Of a DNA stretch of 64,000 nucleotides, positions 38,013-47,431 are shown in pieces. A program made the position numbers and the translations under genes. Source of the stretch: Eubacteriales bacterium (GTDB taxonomy: Bacteria; Bacillota; Clostridia; Oscillospirales; CAG-272); assembly GCA_045532985.1 (NCBI GenBank), contig JAZSGY010000015.1, positions 7,743-71,742 on the forward strand, read 5' to 3'. How positions within the stretch are numbered: the first letter of the stretch is position 1; each line of letters opens with the position of its first letter. Below the pieces are notes generated by a model, which saw only the letters and a list, made by a program, of their open reading frames with translations, was not told the DNA's origin and ran no database searches.

Positions 38013-38720
38013 TCACTCTCCCTTCGTGAATCGGCAGCCGGCGTTCACGTTCAAAAGCCCCGGCAAGACCTTTTCCTTCGTATCGTAGGTATCAACGCGG
38101 CCGTCCACAAGCACGATCACCTTATCCGCAATATCAAGGATGCGCTCCTGATGCGAGATGATCAGGATCGTACCGTGCGTTCTCTCATGCATTTTCTCAA
38201 ACACGCGGATGAGATTGTTGAAGCTCCAAAGGTCAATGCCCGCCTCAGGCTCGTCGAAGATCGAAAGCTTGGTTCCGCGCGCGTTGATCATTGCGATCTC
38301 GATGCGCTTCAGCTCACCGCCCGAGAGAGATGCGTTGATCTCACGGTTGATATAATCCTTTGCGCAGAGTCCGACCTCGGAAAGATAGGTGCAGGCGGTC
38401 GAAATCGAGAGCTTTTCGCCCGCCGCCATAGAGACCATATCCTTTACGGTCAAGCCCTTGAACCGAACCGGCTGTTGAAAGGCAAAGCTGACACCCATAT
38501 TCGCACGCTCGGTAATCGAAAGGTTCGTAATATCCTCGCCGTCAAGCAAGATCTGCCCCGACGTAGGAACGAAAATGCCTGCGATCACCTTTGCAAGCGT
38601 GGACTTTCCGCTTCCGTTCGGTCCTGTAATGGCAACGAAGCGGTCGTCTATTTTCAAATTGACATCCTTCAGGATCTCGGTATTTTCGACCCGATAGGAT
38701 ACGTTTCTTAATTCCAGCAT
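38013..38720 (-). CDS. sufC: Fe-S cluster assembly ATPase SufC
   Basis: Walker A GPNGSGKST, the ABC signature LSGGELKR, Walker B LSIFDEPEAGID, and a D-loop/H-switch ISH. Confidence 0.9.
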   Translation of the reverse strand: MLELRNVSYRVENTEILKDVNLKIDDRFVAITGPNGSGKSTLAKVIAGIFVPTSGQILLDGEDITNLSITERANMGVSFAFQQPVRFKGLTVKDMVSMAAGEKLSISTACTYLSEVGLCAKDYINREINASLSGGELKRIEIAMINARGTKLSIFDEPEAGIDLWSFNNLIRVFEKMHERTHGTILIISHQERILDIADKVIVLVDGRVDTYDTKEKVLPGLLNVNAGCRFTKGE

Positions 38721-38763
38721 CGTTTTTTATCCTTAGTTTGTTGTTACTCTTTATACCGTTAAA

Positions 38764-38792
38764 ATTATAACATATTTTTTAACAAATTGCAA
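38764..38792 (-). promoter_or_regulatory. sigma-A promoter of the sufC operon
   Basis: On the minus strand: TTGCAA (38792-38787), a 17 nt spacer, then TATAAT (38769-38764). Confidence 0.65.
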
Positions 38793-38809
38793 CAGATTTC
38801 CGTCTTTTC

Positions 38810-39472
38810 TTATGAAAACCACTGTGAAAAATCATAAGCGGAAAATACGCCTTCTTCGGGAAAATGCACAAATTCCATTCTTTCACCCGTTTTCGGATGC
38901 AAAAACGCCAAGCGGAATGCGTAAAGCGCGAGAAACGGCTCCTTTTTCCGTGACCCATAGCGTGCGTCTCCGACGAGAGGACATCCGCGTGAGGCAAGCT
39001 GAACACGGATCTGATGGGTGCGTCCCGTTTCAAGACGGATATGCAGAAGCGGACAACCGTCGCCATCGGCAAGGGTGCGGTAAGTAAGAGCAGCTTCCTT
39101 CACCCCCTTGCGCATACGGTCAACGACGAAGGTCTTGTTACCGCTGCGAGAGTGAAACAAGAGGTCGGTGAGCCTTCCCTCCCGTTCGGGAAGTCCCCCT
39201 TCACATACTGCCAGATATTCTTTACAGAAATCCTTTTTTTCTTGCACCTGCGCGCACAAAAGCGCGGCTGTTTTCTTATCCTTAGCATAAACGACGACGC
39301 CACCCGTCCCCTTATCAAGTCGGTGAACGGTATACAGCGGTGCGCCGCCCCCTGCAAGCAGAGTCGGCATCCCCGGAGCGTCGACAGCATCCTCTGACAG
39401 GATCATCGGCGGCTTCACAGCGACGGTAAGACAGGCATCCTCATAAAGAATCTGAATATCCACAATACACCT
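38810..39472 (-). CDS. RluA-family pseudouridine synthase
   Basis: The catalytic motif HRLDKGTGGVVVYAK and the C-terminal RTHQIRVQLA. A GTG start at 39472 follows aagagg. The track ORF extends to 39568. Confidence 0.8.
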   Translation of the reverse strand, partial: RCIVDIQILYEDACLTVAVKPPMILSEDAVDAPGMPTLLAGGGAPLYTVHRLDKGTGGVVVYAKDKKTAALLCAQVQEKKDFCKEYLAVCEGGLPEREGRLTDLLFHSRSGNKTFVVDRMRKGVKEAALTYRTLADGDGCPLLHIRLETGRTHQIRVQLASRGCPLVGDARYGSRKKEPFLALYAFRLAFLHPKTGERMEFVHFPEEGVFSAYDFSQWFS

Positions 39473-39606
39473 CTTGGATCTTTTTTCAAAACCATTATAA
39501 ATGCATCCGCTGAAATTGTCAAGTTGCTTTCTCCTATCAAGGATTAGCGAAAGACGGCGACGTTGCATATGATGAAAGGGAAACGATAGGAAAGAAGGTA
39601 ATATCT

Positions 39607-40695
39607 ATGCCGATTCAGGAAAAGGCTCAACTTCCCGAGCGCGCTTTTTTCGCCGCGGCGAACGGCTATGACGGCTTTCGAAGTGAGTACGCTGAGCTCT
39701 TCCCCTCGCGTGCATTCGATGCCGTTTTTACACTGAAGGGCGGACCGGGAACCGGCAAAAGCAGCTTGATGCGTGCTTGTGCCAAGATCCTGCTTCCGCT
39801 TGGATTTGACGCGGAATACTTTTACTGCTCCTCAGATCCTGCGTCGCTGGATGCCGTCATACTGACGAAGGGACGACACCGCGCAGTTATCCTTGACGGT
39901 ACGGCACCGCATACGCGTTGTGCGGACGTTCCCGGGATCATTGACGAGATCGTGAATCTCGGAGACTATTGGGATGCCGACACGCTGAAAGCGGACAAAA
40001 CCGAGATCCTTCGTCATATGGAGGAAAAGGCACACGCTTTTTCGCTGGGATACGCCTATCTCAAAGTCGCGGGGACGGCAGATGCGGCGCTTATGAGCGA
40101 AGTGGAATACGGATTGAACCGCGCAAAGCTGCGCGGTGCCGTTGAACGGTTTGTGCGTCGCTTTGGAACGGGGAGATCGCGTCGGGAATCCCACCGCATC
40201 ATCACGTCGGTCGGTATGCGCGGGATCGTTCAGCTGAAGACGCCTTTGCTTTATGCCGACGACATTTCGGTCGTCAACGACCCGTTTGGCGTTGCCCGAC
40301 ATTTTTACAGGCTGCTGCTGTGCGAGCTTTCGCAACGCAAAATACCGTATATCGAGCTGGTCTCCCCCTTCTCACCAAACGTCGCCGAGGGTGTTATCCT
40401 GCCCGAGCACCGATACGCCATCGTAAACGGTAGCGAAGCAGTCAAAGACGGGAAATACATCAATATGAACCGCTTCCTCTGCAAGGAGGTCCTGCGTTTC
40501 CAAAGAAAGGATCTGCGCCGCCTTTCGAAGATGCAAAAGGAGGCAACCGACGCCGCCCTTGATGCATTTGCCAAGGCGGGCGAGCATCACTTCGCACTCG
40601 AGTCCTATTATACACCCGCAATGGATTTCGGAAAAAAGGAGATCAGAACCGCCGAGATCTGCGAAAAAATTGCGGATATCTGTACTTTGAGTTGA
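39607..40695 (+). CDS. P-loop NTPase of unknown function
   Basis: Walker A GGPGTGKSSL and a Walker-B-like AVILDGTAPH. No further family recognised. Confidence 0.7.
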   Translation: MPIQEKAQLPERAFFAAANGYDGFRSEYAELFPSRAFDAVFTLKGGPGTGKSSLMRACAKILLPLGFDAEYFYCSSDPASLDAVILTKGRHRAVILDGTAPHTRCADVPGIIDEIVNLGDYWDADTLKADKTEILRHMEEKAHAFSLGYAYLKVAGTADAALMSEVEYGLNRAKLRGAVERFVRRFGTGRSRRESHRIITSVGMRGIVQLKTPLLYADDISVVNDPFGVARHFYRLLLCELSQRKIPYIELVSPFSPNVAEGVILPEHRYAIVNGSEAVKDGKYINMNRFLCKEVLRFQRKDLRRLSKMQKEATDAALDAFAKAGEHHFALESYYTPAMDFGKKEIRTAEICEKIADICTLS

Positions 40696-40748
40696 CAACG
40701 GCAGGAAATTGTGCTATAATCCTATATTGTATTTTACTGCGGTTTGCA

Positions 40749-40779
40749 AAAAAAGAGCAACCCTGCGGTTGCTCTTTTT
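40749..40779. terminator. bidirectional terminator between the P-loop gene and ackA
   Basis: Stem aaagagcaacc / ggttgctcttt with loop ctgc, flanked by an A-run and a T-run. Confidence 0.85.
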
Positions 40780-40782
40780 GAA

Positions 40783-41988
40783 TTACATAGCGGAAACGAT
40801 CTCTGCCGTATCCTTCGCGATCATCAGCTCCTCGTTGGTCGGGATCAGATAGACCTTGACGGGTGCATCCTTTTTCGACAAAAGCGTCGTACCGATCGGG
40901 CGCGGAACGTTTGCGTTGACCTCCTCATCCAGCTCAACACCGAGGAACTCAAGTCCCTTACAAGCGAGCGAGCGGATCTGGTGCGTATTCTCGCCGATGC
41001 CGGCAGTAAATACGATTCCGTCGAGTCCGCCCATTGCGGCGGCATACGAACCGATGTACTTTTTGATCTGATAGCCAAGGATCTTGAATGCCAGCGCGGC
41101 GCGGTGATTTCCCGCCTCCATTGCGGCAGTGATATCACGGCAGTCGGACGAAACTCCCGAAACGCCCAGGAATCCACACTTCTTGTTCAGAAAATCGTTC
41201 ATCTGGGCCGGCGTCATGTTTTCCTTTTCCATCAGGAAGGATACGATCGCGGGGTCGATGGTACCGCAACGCGTTCCCATCTCAACACCGTCAAGCGGTG
41301 TGAAGCCCATCGTGGTGTCGATGACCTTGCCGCCCTTCACTGCAGAAATGGAAGAACCGTTTCCAAGGTGGCAGGTAACGATCTTCGTTTCCTCTGCGGG
41401 CTTATCAAGCAGCTTCAGCATCTCGCCCGTGACGTAACGATGCGACGTACCGTGGAAGCCGTAACGGCGAATGTGATACTTTTCATAATATTCGTACGCG
41501 ATCGGATAGAAGTATGCCTCCTCGGGCATCGTTTGATGGAATGCCGTATCAAATACGAGAACCTGAGGTGTGCTCGGCATAGCGTCGGTACAGCCCTTGA
41601 TACCCATCAGACTCGGACCCGTGTGCAGGGGCGCAAGATCACGGCAAAGCTCGAGCTTTTCGATCACGTCGTCGTTGACGAGCACAGAGCCCGAGAAATA
41701 GGGACCGCCGTGAACCACGCGATGACCGACAGCGCCGATCTCACTCATATCCGAAATACAGCCAAGCTCCTTATCCGTCAACGTCTGAACGAGGATCTTA
41801 GTTGCATCGGAATGATTTTTCATTTCCAGATCCGCAACGTAATCCTCTTTACCGGGAACCTTGTGAATGATGCGTCCACCGATTCCGATGCGCTCACAAA
41901 GTCCCTTCGCCTTTACCTGTCCGGAAGCAGTATCAAACAGCTGATATTTGAGAGAGCTGCTACCCGCGTTTACAACCAAAACGTTCAT
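40783..41988 (-). CDS. ackA: acetate kinase
   Basis: VLVVNAGSSSLKYQLF at the N-terminus, plus HRVVHGG, FHGTSH and the C-terminal TNEELMIA. Confidence 0.95.
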   Translation of the reverse strand: MNVLVVNAGSSSLKYQLFDTASGQVKAKGLCERIGIGGRIIHKVPGKEDYVADLEMKNHSDATKILVQTLTDKELGCISDMSEIGAVGHRVVHGGPYFSGSVLVNDDVIEKLELCRDLAPLHTGPSLMGIKGCTDAMPSTPQVLVFDTAFHQTMPEEAYFYPIAYEYYEKYHIRRYGFHGTSHRYVTGEMLKLLDKPAEETKIVTCHLGNGSSISAVKGGKVIDTTMGFTPLDGVEMGTRCGTIDPAIVSFLMEKENMTPAQMNDFLNKKCGFLGVSGVSSDCRDITAAMEAGNHRAALAFKILGYQIKKYIGSYAAAMGGLDGIVFTAGIGENTHQIRSLACKGLEFLGVELDEEVNANVPRPIGTTLLSKKDAPVKVYLIPTNEELMIAKDTAEIVSAM

Positions 41989-42105
41989 TCAAAAATCCTC
42001 CATAATAGATAAATGTCTAACCTTCTCTATTATAAACCTTTTCTTTGTCAATTACAAGAATCTTTTTCGTAATTTTGAAATTTTTCCCGTAAAATGGAGC
42101 GCAAG

Positions 42106-43332
42106 ATGAAAAATGTCGCAATCGTAAGCGAATACAACCCCTTTCATCGCGGACACGCCTACCAGATCAAGCGCATCCGTGAGGAATTCGGAGCCGACAC
42201 ACGCATCATTGCCATCATGGGGGGAAACGTCACGCAACGCGGTGAGCCTGCGGTCGCGGACAAGTATCTGCGCGCCCGTGCGGCGGTGGATGCGGGCGTC
42301 TCTCTCGTCCTTGAGCTTCCCTTCCCGTTTTGCGCCGCATCCGCCGACGTATTTGCGCGGGCGGCGGTATCGATCGCAGACAGTCTTTCGGGAATCGATA
42401 TTCTTTCCTTCGGCAGTGAGTGCGGTGACATTATGTTGCTTTCAAAGGCAGCACGCCGTATGGAATCAGCGGAATTCAAGGATGCGTTTGCATCCGTGTC
42501 TCTGAAGGAAAGCTATGCGCGTGCACTTGAGCAGACCTACGCCGAGCTATACGGTGATGACGCAAGTCTTTTGCGTTCGCCCAATAACATTTTAGCGATC
42601 GCTTATCTGCGTGCGCTCCACCGACTCAACAGTCGGATCATACCGCACACCGTCAAGCGAGAAGGAGATTATGCGGATCTTTCCGTCACGACGGAGTATC
42701 CGAGTGCCGCGGCGATCCGTAATACACTTCGAGACGGCGATTTCGACAGCATCCGTTCGGCGTTGCCGACGGAAACGCACGACATATGGAAGGATGCGTT
42801 TCAACGTCGGCTTTTTCCCACTGACCCCTCACGTCTTTCAAATGCCTTTTTAGCATTTTTAAGAATATACAAACCAAACGGCCTCTCCATTGCGGAGAGC
42901 TCCGGCGGCCTTGCGGAGCGGCTTTGCAGCCTTTCCCTGACTGTCGGAACTATGGTGCAGCTGTATGAGGCTGCCGCCACAAAGCGCTATACCAACGCCA
43001 GGATCAGGCGTGCCGTATGGAATCTCTTCCTTGAAGTTACCTCCTTTGAGGAAAGTCAGCTTCCCTGCTACACTCAGCTTCTGGCGATGGATTCCGACGG
43101 ACGGAGCTTTCTATCGGAAATACGCAAGCAAAAAAGGATCGAGATACTGACGAAGCCTGCCGATTATACCTCGCTTTCCGATCAAGCGAGGGTACAGGCA
43201 GAAAAAAGTGTTCGTGCCGATTCGATCTTTTCTCTTGCAATTCCGTCGAGTCCGCCCGCGGATGCCTTTTTACGATGTACCCCCTACTACAAAAACGGCG
43301 AATTTGCTCGACAACTTCATCCCGACGCATAA
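42106..43332 (+). CDS. tmcAL: tRNA(Met) cytidine acetate ligase (TmcAL/YlbM, UPF0348 nucleotidyltransferase)
   Basis: The N-terminus AIVSEYNPFHRGHAYQI and the SPNNILAIAYLRAL block. The ATG at 42106 is preferred over 42094. Confidence 0.8.
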   Translation: MKNVAIVSEYNPFHRGHAYQIKRIREEFGADTRIIAIMGGNVTQRGEPAVADKYLRARAAVDAGVSLVLELPFPFCAASADVFARAAVSIADSLSGIDILSFGSECGDIMLLSKAARRMESAEFKDAFASVSLKESYARALEQTYAELYGDDASLLRSPNNILAIAYLRALHRLNSRIIPHTVKREGDYADLSVTTEYPSAAAIRNTLRDGDFDSIRSALPTETHDIWKDAFQRRLFPTDPSRLSNAFLAFLRIYKPNGLSIAESSGGLAERLCSLSLTVGTMVQLYEAAATKRYTNARIRRAVWNLFLEVTSFEESQLPCYTQLLAMDSDGRSFLSEIRKQKRIEILTKPADYTSLSDQARVQAEKSVRADSIFSLAIPSSPPADAFLRCTPYYKNGEFARQLHPDA

Positions 43333-43422
43333 CGTAATTCGACGCATTCAGCACAAAGCTTGCGGTATGATGAAATTGCGCGGCAAAACCAATTCGCAAA
43401 AAAATCGGAAAGGAGTCGTATA

Positions 43423-43713
43423 ATGATCAAAGCAAACAACATTGAAGGAAAATACCTGGAATACAAGGGTCAGCCGCTGGTTCGTCAGGACAACGAGCTT
43501 TATTATGGCGATATGGCGCAGGATTACTATCTGTTTTTGATGATCATGAGCTATAAGGAAGAGCCAAAGCTGAAGGTTCAGATCCCCGATATGGTAATGA
43601 TCCAGATCGTTAACAAGGAATCAGGGCTTCCCGAAAAGCAAGGAAGCGCGAAGGGTCTTTACGCCGCGTTTGATCTCGGAACCGCTTGGCTCGAACGCTA
43701 TAACAGAGCTTAA
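43423..43713 (+). CDS. small hypothetical protein (96 aa)
   Basis: The ATG at 43423 is preceded by ggaaaggag. The composition looks coding. No family recognised. Confidence 0.5.
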   Translation: MIKANNIEGKYLEYKGQPLVRQDNELYYGDMAQDYYLFLMIMSYKEEPKLKVQIPDMVMIQIVNKESGLPEKQGSAKGLYAAFDLGTAWLERYNRA

Positions 43714-43766
43714 CGGTCGCCGAATTTCATTTGCAGGGGCATATTCGCCCCGGGAGGTATGCAAGA

Positions 43767-44939
43767 ATGAAAAAAACGCGAACCAAACATAAAGCACGCA
43801 GTCGTGTGCGTACGGTTTGTATTACCCTGCTTACCGTCGCCACGGCTGCCGGTTTATTTGGATGCAGTCCAAGATCCATGATCCCCGGCGGCTATGCCGG
43901 AATCAACGTTTCCTCAAGGGACGAATCCGTTGTCCCTTCCTCAACGAAGCCGAAGGAGCCGAATGCATCGTCCTCCTCGTCGCTTCCCGACGCACCGCCT
44001 GAGGTCCCGACCTATCTTGATTTTCTGACGGGGCTTCAAACGACAGACAGCTCCTATGAAAACGCACGTCCGATCTCGATCGTGATCGACAACCGAGACA
44101 GTTCCCTGATCCAGTGCGGGATCTCCGCTTCTCCGCTTTGGGTAGAGGCACCGATCGAAAGCGGCGCTACGCGCATTATGCTTTTCTATTCCAATGCAAA
44201 AAGCATTCCGACCGTTGCGTCGGTTGCGTCCACGCGCTCCTATTTTGTGAAGCTGTCAAGCGCCTTCGGCGCCGTTTCCGCATATGCGGGCACGACGGAC
44301 CGTATCGGAGAGGCCTCGGTCTCCTTCAGTGGTGCTGACACGCTCGATTACATTTTGCAGAATCTGTCGTCGGTCTTTTTTCGTGATACCGCGATCGCCT
44401 CGCCGTACAGTCTTCTGACGGATGGGGTGCGTATCACCAACGGTATTCTGAACTGCCGTTATTCCGCCACACGAAAAAGCGAACAAGTGCTTCCGTGGTC
44501 GTTTTCCGACGAGGATCAACTGATCCCCACTGCCGGAGAACGCGCCAACACTATCGACCTTCGTTTTTCGGAGCATCAGGCGGTTTCCTTCCTCTACGAT
44601 TCGGGAAGCGGATCATACGTGCGTATGCAAAACGGGGCACCGCATACCGAGACGCAGAGCGACGCGCAGATCTCCTTCCGCAACCTACTTCTTCTCACCT
44701 GCGATTCAATCGTTTTCGAGCAGGAAAACGGAACGAGTCTTGATTTTGATCTGGAAAACGGCGGCAACGGATATGCCGTTTTCGGCGGTGTGGCAACGAG
44801 AATCGTATGGAAGCTTGATGAAAGCGGGCTTTTAAAGATCAGCGATCAGGGCGGAAAGCAGTTAACGCTTCCCGCAGGAAAAACCTACGTTGGACTTCTG
44901 AAATCGTCCTCCTTGAATGCAATCGTGCTATCCGAATAA
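43767..44939 (+). CDS. lipoprotein, DUF3048/YerB-like
   Basis: A signal peptide with the lipobox LFGC (VATAAGLFGCSP), a Ser/Pro-rich linker, then a region with ISIVIDN...GISASPLWVEAPIE. The family assignment is from memory. Confidence 0.65.
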   Translation: MKKTRTKHKARSRVRTVCITLLTVATAAGLFGCSPRSMIPGGYAGINVSSRDESVVPSSTKPKEPNASSSSSLPDAPPEVPTYLDFLTGLQTTDSSYENARPISIVIDNRDSSLIQCGISASPLWVEAPIESGATRIMLFYSNAKSIPTVASVASTRSYFVKLSSAFGAVSAYAGTTDRIGEASVSFSGADTLDYILQNLSSVFFRDTAIASPYSLLTDGVRITNGILNCRYSATRKSEQVLPWSFSDEDQLIPTAGERANTIDLRFSEHQAVSFLYDSGSGSYVRMQNGAPHTETQSDAQISFRNLLLLTCDSIVFEQENGTSLDFDLENGGNGYAVFGGVATRIVWKLDESGLLKISDQGGKQLTLPAGKTYVGLLKSSSLNAIVLSE

Positions 44940-44944
44940 AAAAT

Positions 44945-44984
44945 GAGGCTGTCTCAAATATAATTTGAGATAGCCTCTTGTTTG
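44945..44984 (+). terminator. rho-independent terminator
   Basis: A 15 bp stem gaggctgtctcaaat / atttgagatagcctc (one G-U pair), loop ata, followed by ttgtttg. Confidence 0.8.
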
Positions 44985-45215
44985 ATAAAGGGCTAGGCAG
45001 ATTTAGAGGAAAATTCGTCGTTCTTCGCCCCGAAGGCGTATTTACATACGTCGAGAGGGCGAAAACGGCGAAAGAAAATGGCAAACAAATGGGTTGGAGA
45101 AATTCGTAGAATTTCAACCTTACAGCTTTTCAAGTGCGCAACGAAGCGTAGTCGTGCCGCTTATTGTCTTAACTCTTCCATTTTCGTTTTTGCCTAAGTG
45201 TGACAGCCCCTTTTT

Positions 45216-46196
45216 TTAAGAAACGATATCCTCTCCGACAGACCGCATTAAAAAATCGTGGCTAAAGGAAGGACGGTTGATCGAAATCCACAGCTTCATA
45301 TATGCCGCCACGGGAGCGATTGCGGGAAGCACCTTGATTCCCAGCTTTGTATAAACGTCCATACTTTCGTATTGAAGGTCACTGCAAACGCCCGAAACGA
45401 AGATCGGACGGTCGCACGAGCGCGCAAGCGCGAGAAAATCCAAAAACTCGCCGCTCGCCGTCGGCAATGTCCCCGAATGATAGGATTGCAGTAAAACCGC
45501 ATCACAGCCGTCAAGAGAACGCGGATAAGCGACACCGACACTCGGTGAAAGGTGAAAAACGCGCCGTGAAAGATCCGTGACAGAGCCCGTTACCGCACCG
45601 TCGGGAAGCGCGCGGTAGGCATCGTTTTTCATGATCCGATTGCCGTCGTAGATCGCGTAGGGTTCGCCGAGGGAAGAAACGGCATCCGAGAATGCGGGTT
45701 GTATCAAAGTGCGCGTAGCACGCAAAATTTCCGTATGCTCGCCGAGATTGCGATAGGAAACGAAAGCGCCGCGATGTGCCGTCTCATCCTCGATCAGGGC
45801 AACTGCCGCCGCAAGATTATCTACTCCGTTTGCATCGGGCTCGCCAACGGGCGCCCGTGAGGAGACCAGAACGATCGGCTTCACGGAATCGGAAAACAGA
45901 TATCCAAGATATGCCGCGGTGAAAGCAAGCGTATCGGTACCGTGCGTGACGATAACACCGTCGGCCTCTTTACACGCTTTTCTCACTGCGTCGGAAAGCA
46001 TCAGAAGCTGCGATGCTTCCATATTCTCGCTCAATACGAAAAAGGGAGAATCACAAAGGAAATCCCGCTCCCCATACCGTTTCATATACTCGCAAAGCAG
46101 GAGGTAGCGTTGACCGTCAGATAAGCGACGGCTTCCCGCCGTGCTGATACAACCGATCGTACCGCCCGTAAAAAAAACAGCGATCTTCTTTTTCAT
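45216..46196 (-). CDS. L-asparaginase (type I family)
   Basis: IAVFFTGGTIGC (catalytic Thr motif) and VTHGTDTL. The ATG at 46196 is preferred over the track start. Confidence 0.85.
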   Translation of the reverse strand: MKKKIAVFFTGGTIGCISTAGSRRLSDGQRYLLLCEYMKRYGERDFLCDSPFFVLSENMEASQLLMLSDAVRKACKEADGVIVTHGTDTLAFTAAYLGYLFSDSVKPIVLVSSRAPVGEPDANGVDNLAAAVALIEDETAHRGAFVSYRNLGEHTEILRATRTLIQPAFSDAVSSLGEPYAIYDGNRIMKNDAYRALPDGAVTGSVTDLSRRVFHLSPSVGVAYPRSLDGCDAVLLQSYHSGTLPTASGEFLDFLALARSCDRPIFVSGVCSDLQYESMDVYTKLGIKVLPAIAPVAAYMKLWISINRPSFSHDFLMRSVGEDIVS

Positions 46197-46244
46197 ACGC
46201 CTAAAATAAGGTGCCTTGCTGCTGCAAGGCACCTATCCTTTTCA

Positions 46245-46661
46245 TTATTCCTCGTCGCAATCGCCGTCGCACTCGTCACAGCAGCCGCTGCAGGTGCAAT
46301 CGAAGCTCTCGCCGCAAGCAGGACACGTAATGTCCTCAGGATCTACGCTCTCGTCAAAGCAGACCGTTTCGCCGCAGGAGGGGCATACGACCTCGTAGAA
46401 CGCGTCCTCATCGTCCTCGTCGTCATCCTCATCATCCTCGTCGGCATAAAGGTCTTCTTCAACCATACCGAGATCATCGTCGATTTCCTCGATATACTCG
46501 CGAAGCTCCTTATTCTCTTCCTCAAGATCGACAACGGCATCTGCCAGATCACCGATCGCCTTGACAAGCTCACCGATCAGTTTATTCTCGGGCTTTGAGG
46601 TGTCAAGATCCATCCCTTCAAGCATTCCCTTCAGAAATGCGGCCTTTTCACTTACTGTCAT
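46245..46661 (-). CDS. acidic coiled-coil / Cys-rich zinc-ribbon protein
   Basis: The ATG at 46661 follows ggaaaggaaaaag. The N-terminal helical half is followed by a poly-Asp/Glu run and CPSCG...CPACG...CTCSGCCDECDGDC. Confidence 0.65.
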   Translation of the reverse strand: MTVSEKAAFLKGMLEGMDLDTSKPENKLIGELVKAIGDLADAVVDLEEENKELREYIEEIDDDLGMVEEDLYADEDDEDDDEDDEDAFYEVVCPSCGETVCFDESVDPEDITCPACGESFDCTCSGCCDECDGDCDEE

Positions 46662-46685
46662 TGTTCTTTTTCCTTTCCACACGGA

Positions 46686-47249
46686 TTATGCGCGTTCCAG
46701 ATACTCACCGGTTCTGGTATCAACGCGGATCATATCGCCCTCGTTGATGAAGATCGGAACCTTGATGACCGCGCCGGTCTCAAGCGTTGCACTCTTCTGA
46801 ACGTTCGTCGCGGTGTTGCCCTTTACGCCGGGCTCGGTCTCGGTGATCTGCAGCTCAACGAACAGCGGAGGCTCAACCGAAATAACGTCACCCTTCCAGG
46901 AAACGATCTTGCACATCGTCTCTTCCTTCACAAACTTGAAGTTGTCACCGAGCTTGTTCTGCGCGAGCGGGATCTGGTCATAGGTCTCCATATCCATGAA
47001 GTAGTAGAGATCACCGTCGTTGTAAACGTACTGCATCTCCTTGCGCTCGATGTATGCACTCTCAAACTTTGCGGTGGGGTTGAAGGAGGTCTCGGTCACG
47101 GAGCCTGTGATGAGGTTCTTCATCTTGGTTCTGACGAACGCCGCACCCTTACCGGGCTTTACGTGCTGAAACTCGACGACCTGCATGAGGTTGCCGTCGT
47201 AATCAAAGGTTACACCGTTTCTGAAATCGCCTGCTGTAATTGTAGCCAT
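46686..47249 (-). CDS. efp: elongation factor P
   Basis: [12 protein letters not shown]...[21 protein letters not shown] is the EF-P KOW/loop region with the modified-Lys motif. The ATG at 47249 follows aggtga. Confidence 0.95.
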   Translation of the reverse strand: MATITAGDFRNGVTFDYDGNLMQVVEFQHVKPGKGAAFVRTKMKNLITGSVTETSFNPTAKFESAYIERKEMQYVYNDGDLYYFMDMETYDQIPLAQNKLGDNFKFVKEETMCKIVSWKGDVISVEPPLFVELQITETEPGVKGNTATNVQKSATLETGAVIKVPIFINEGDMIRVDTRTGEYLERA

Positions 47250-47363
47250 ATTTTTCACCTGTCTTGCAGCGGTAATGAATATTGTCGAAAGAGTTCCCCC
47301 GTTACCCGCTGTGTAATCGGCTCTCTCATCCCTACGCTTTTCAGCGTACAGTAATCACAAGAC
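47250..47363 (-). promoter_or_regulatory. structured 5' leader of efp (unassigned)
   Basis: A closing helix pairs 47261-47266 with 47358-47363. An inner helix pairs 47267-47275 with 47302-47311. A hairpin occupies 47333-47348. The SD (47255-47260) abuts the closing helix. An extended -10 (TGgTATAAA) lies at 47367-47375. Confidence 0.4.
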
Positions 47364-47431
47364 TATTTTATACCAAAATCTCTGTAATTTCAAGTCATTC
47401 TGTAAAAAAAGTTATAAAATATTGAAGAATT

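Noticed and set aside
40744-42012. A 422 aa plus-strand ORF opposite ackA.
   Set aside because: It is antisense to an unmistakable acetate kinase and has no motifs of its own.
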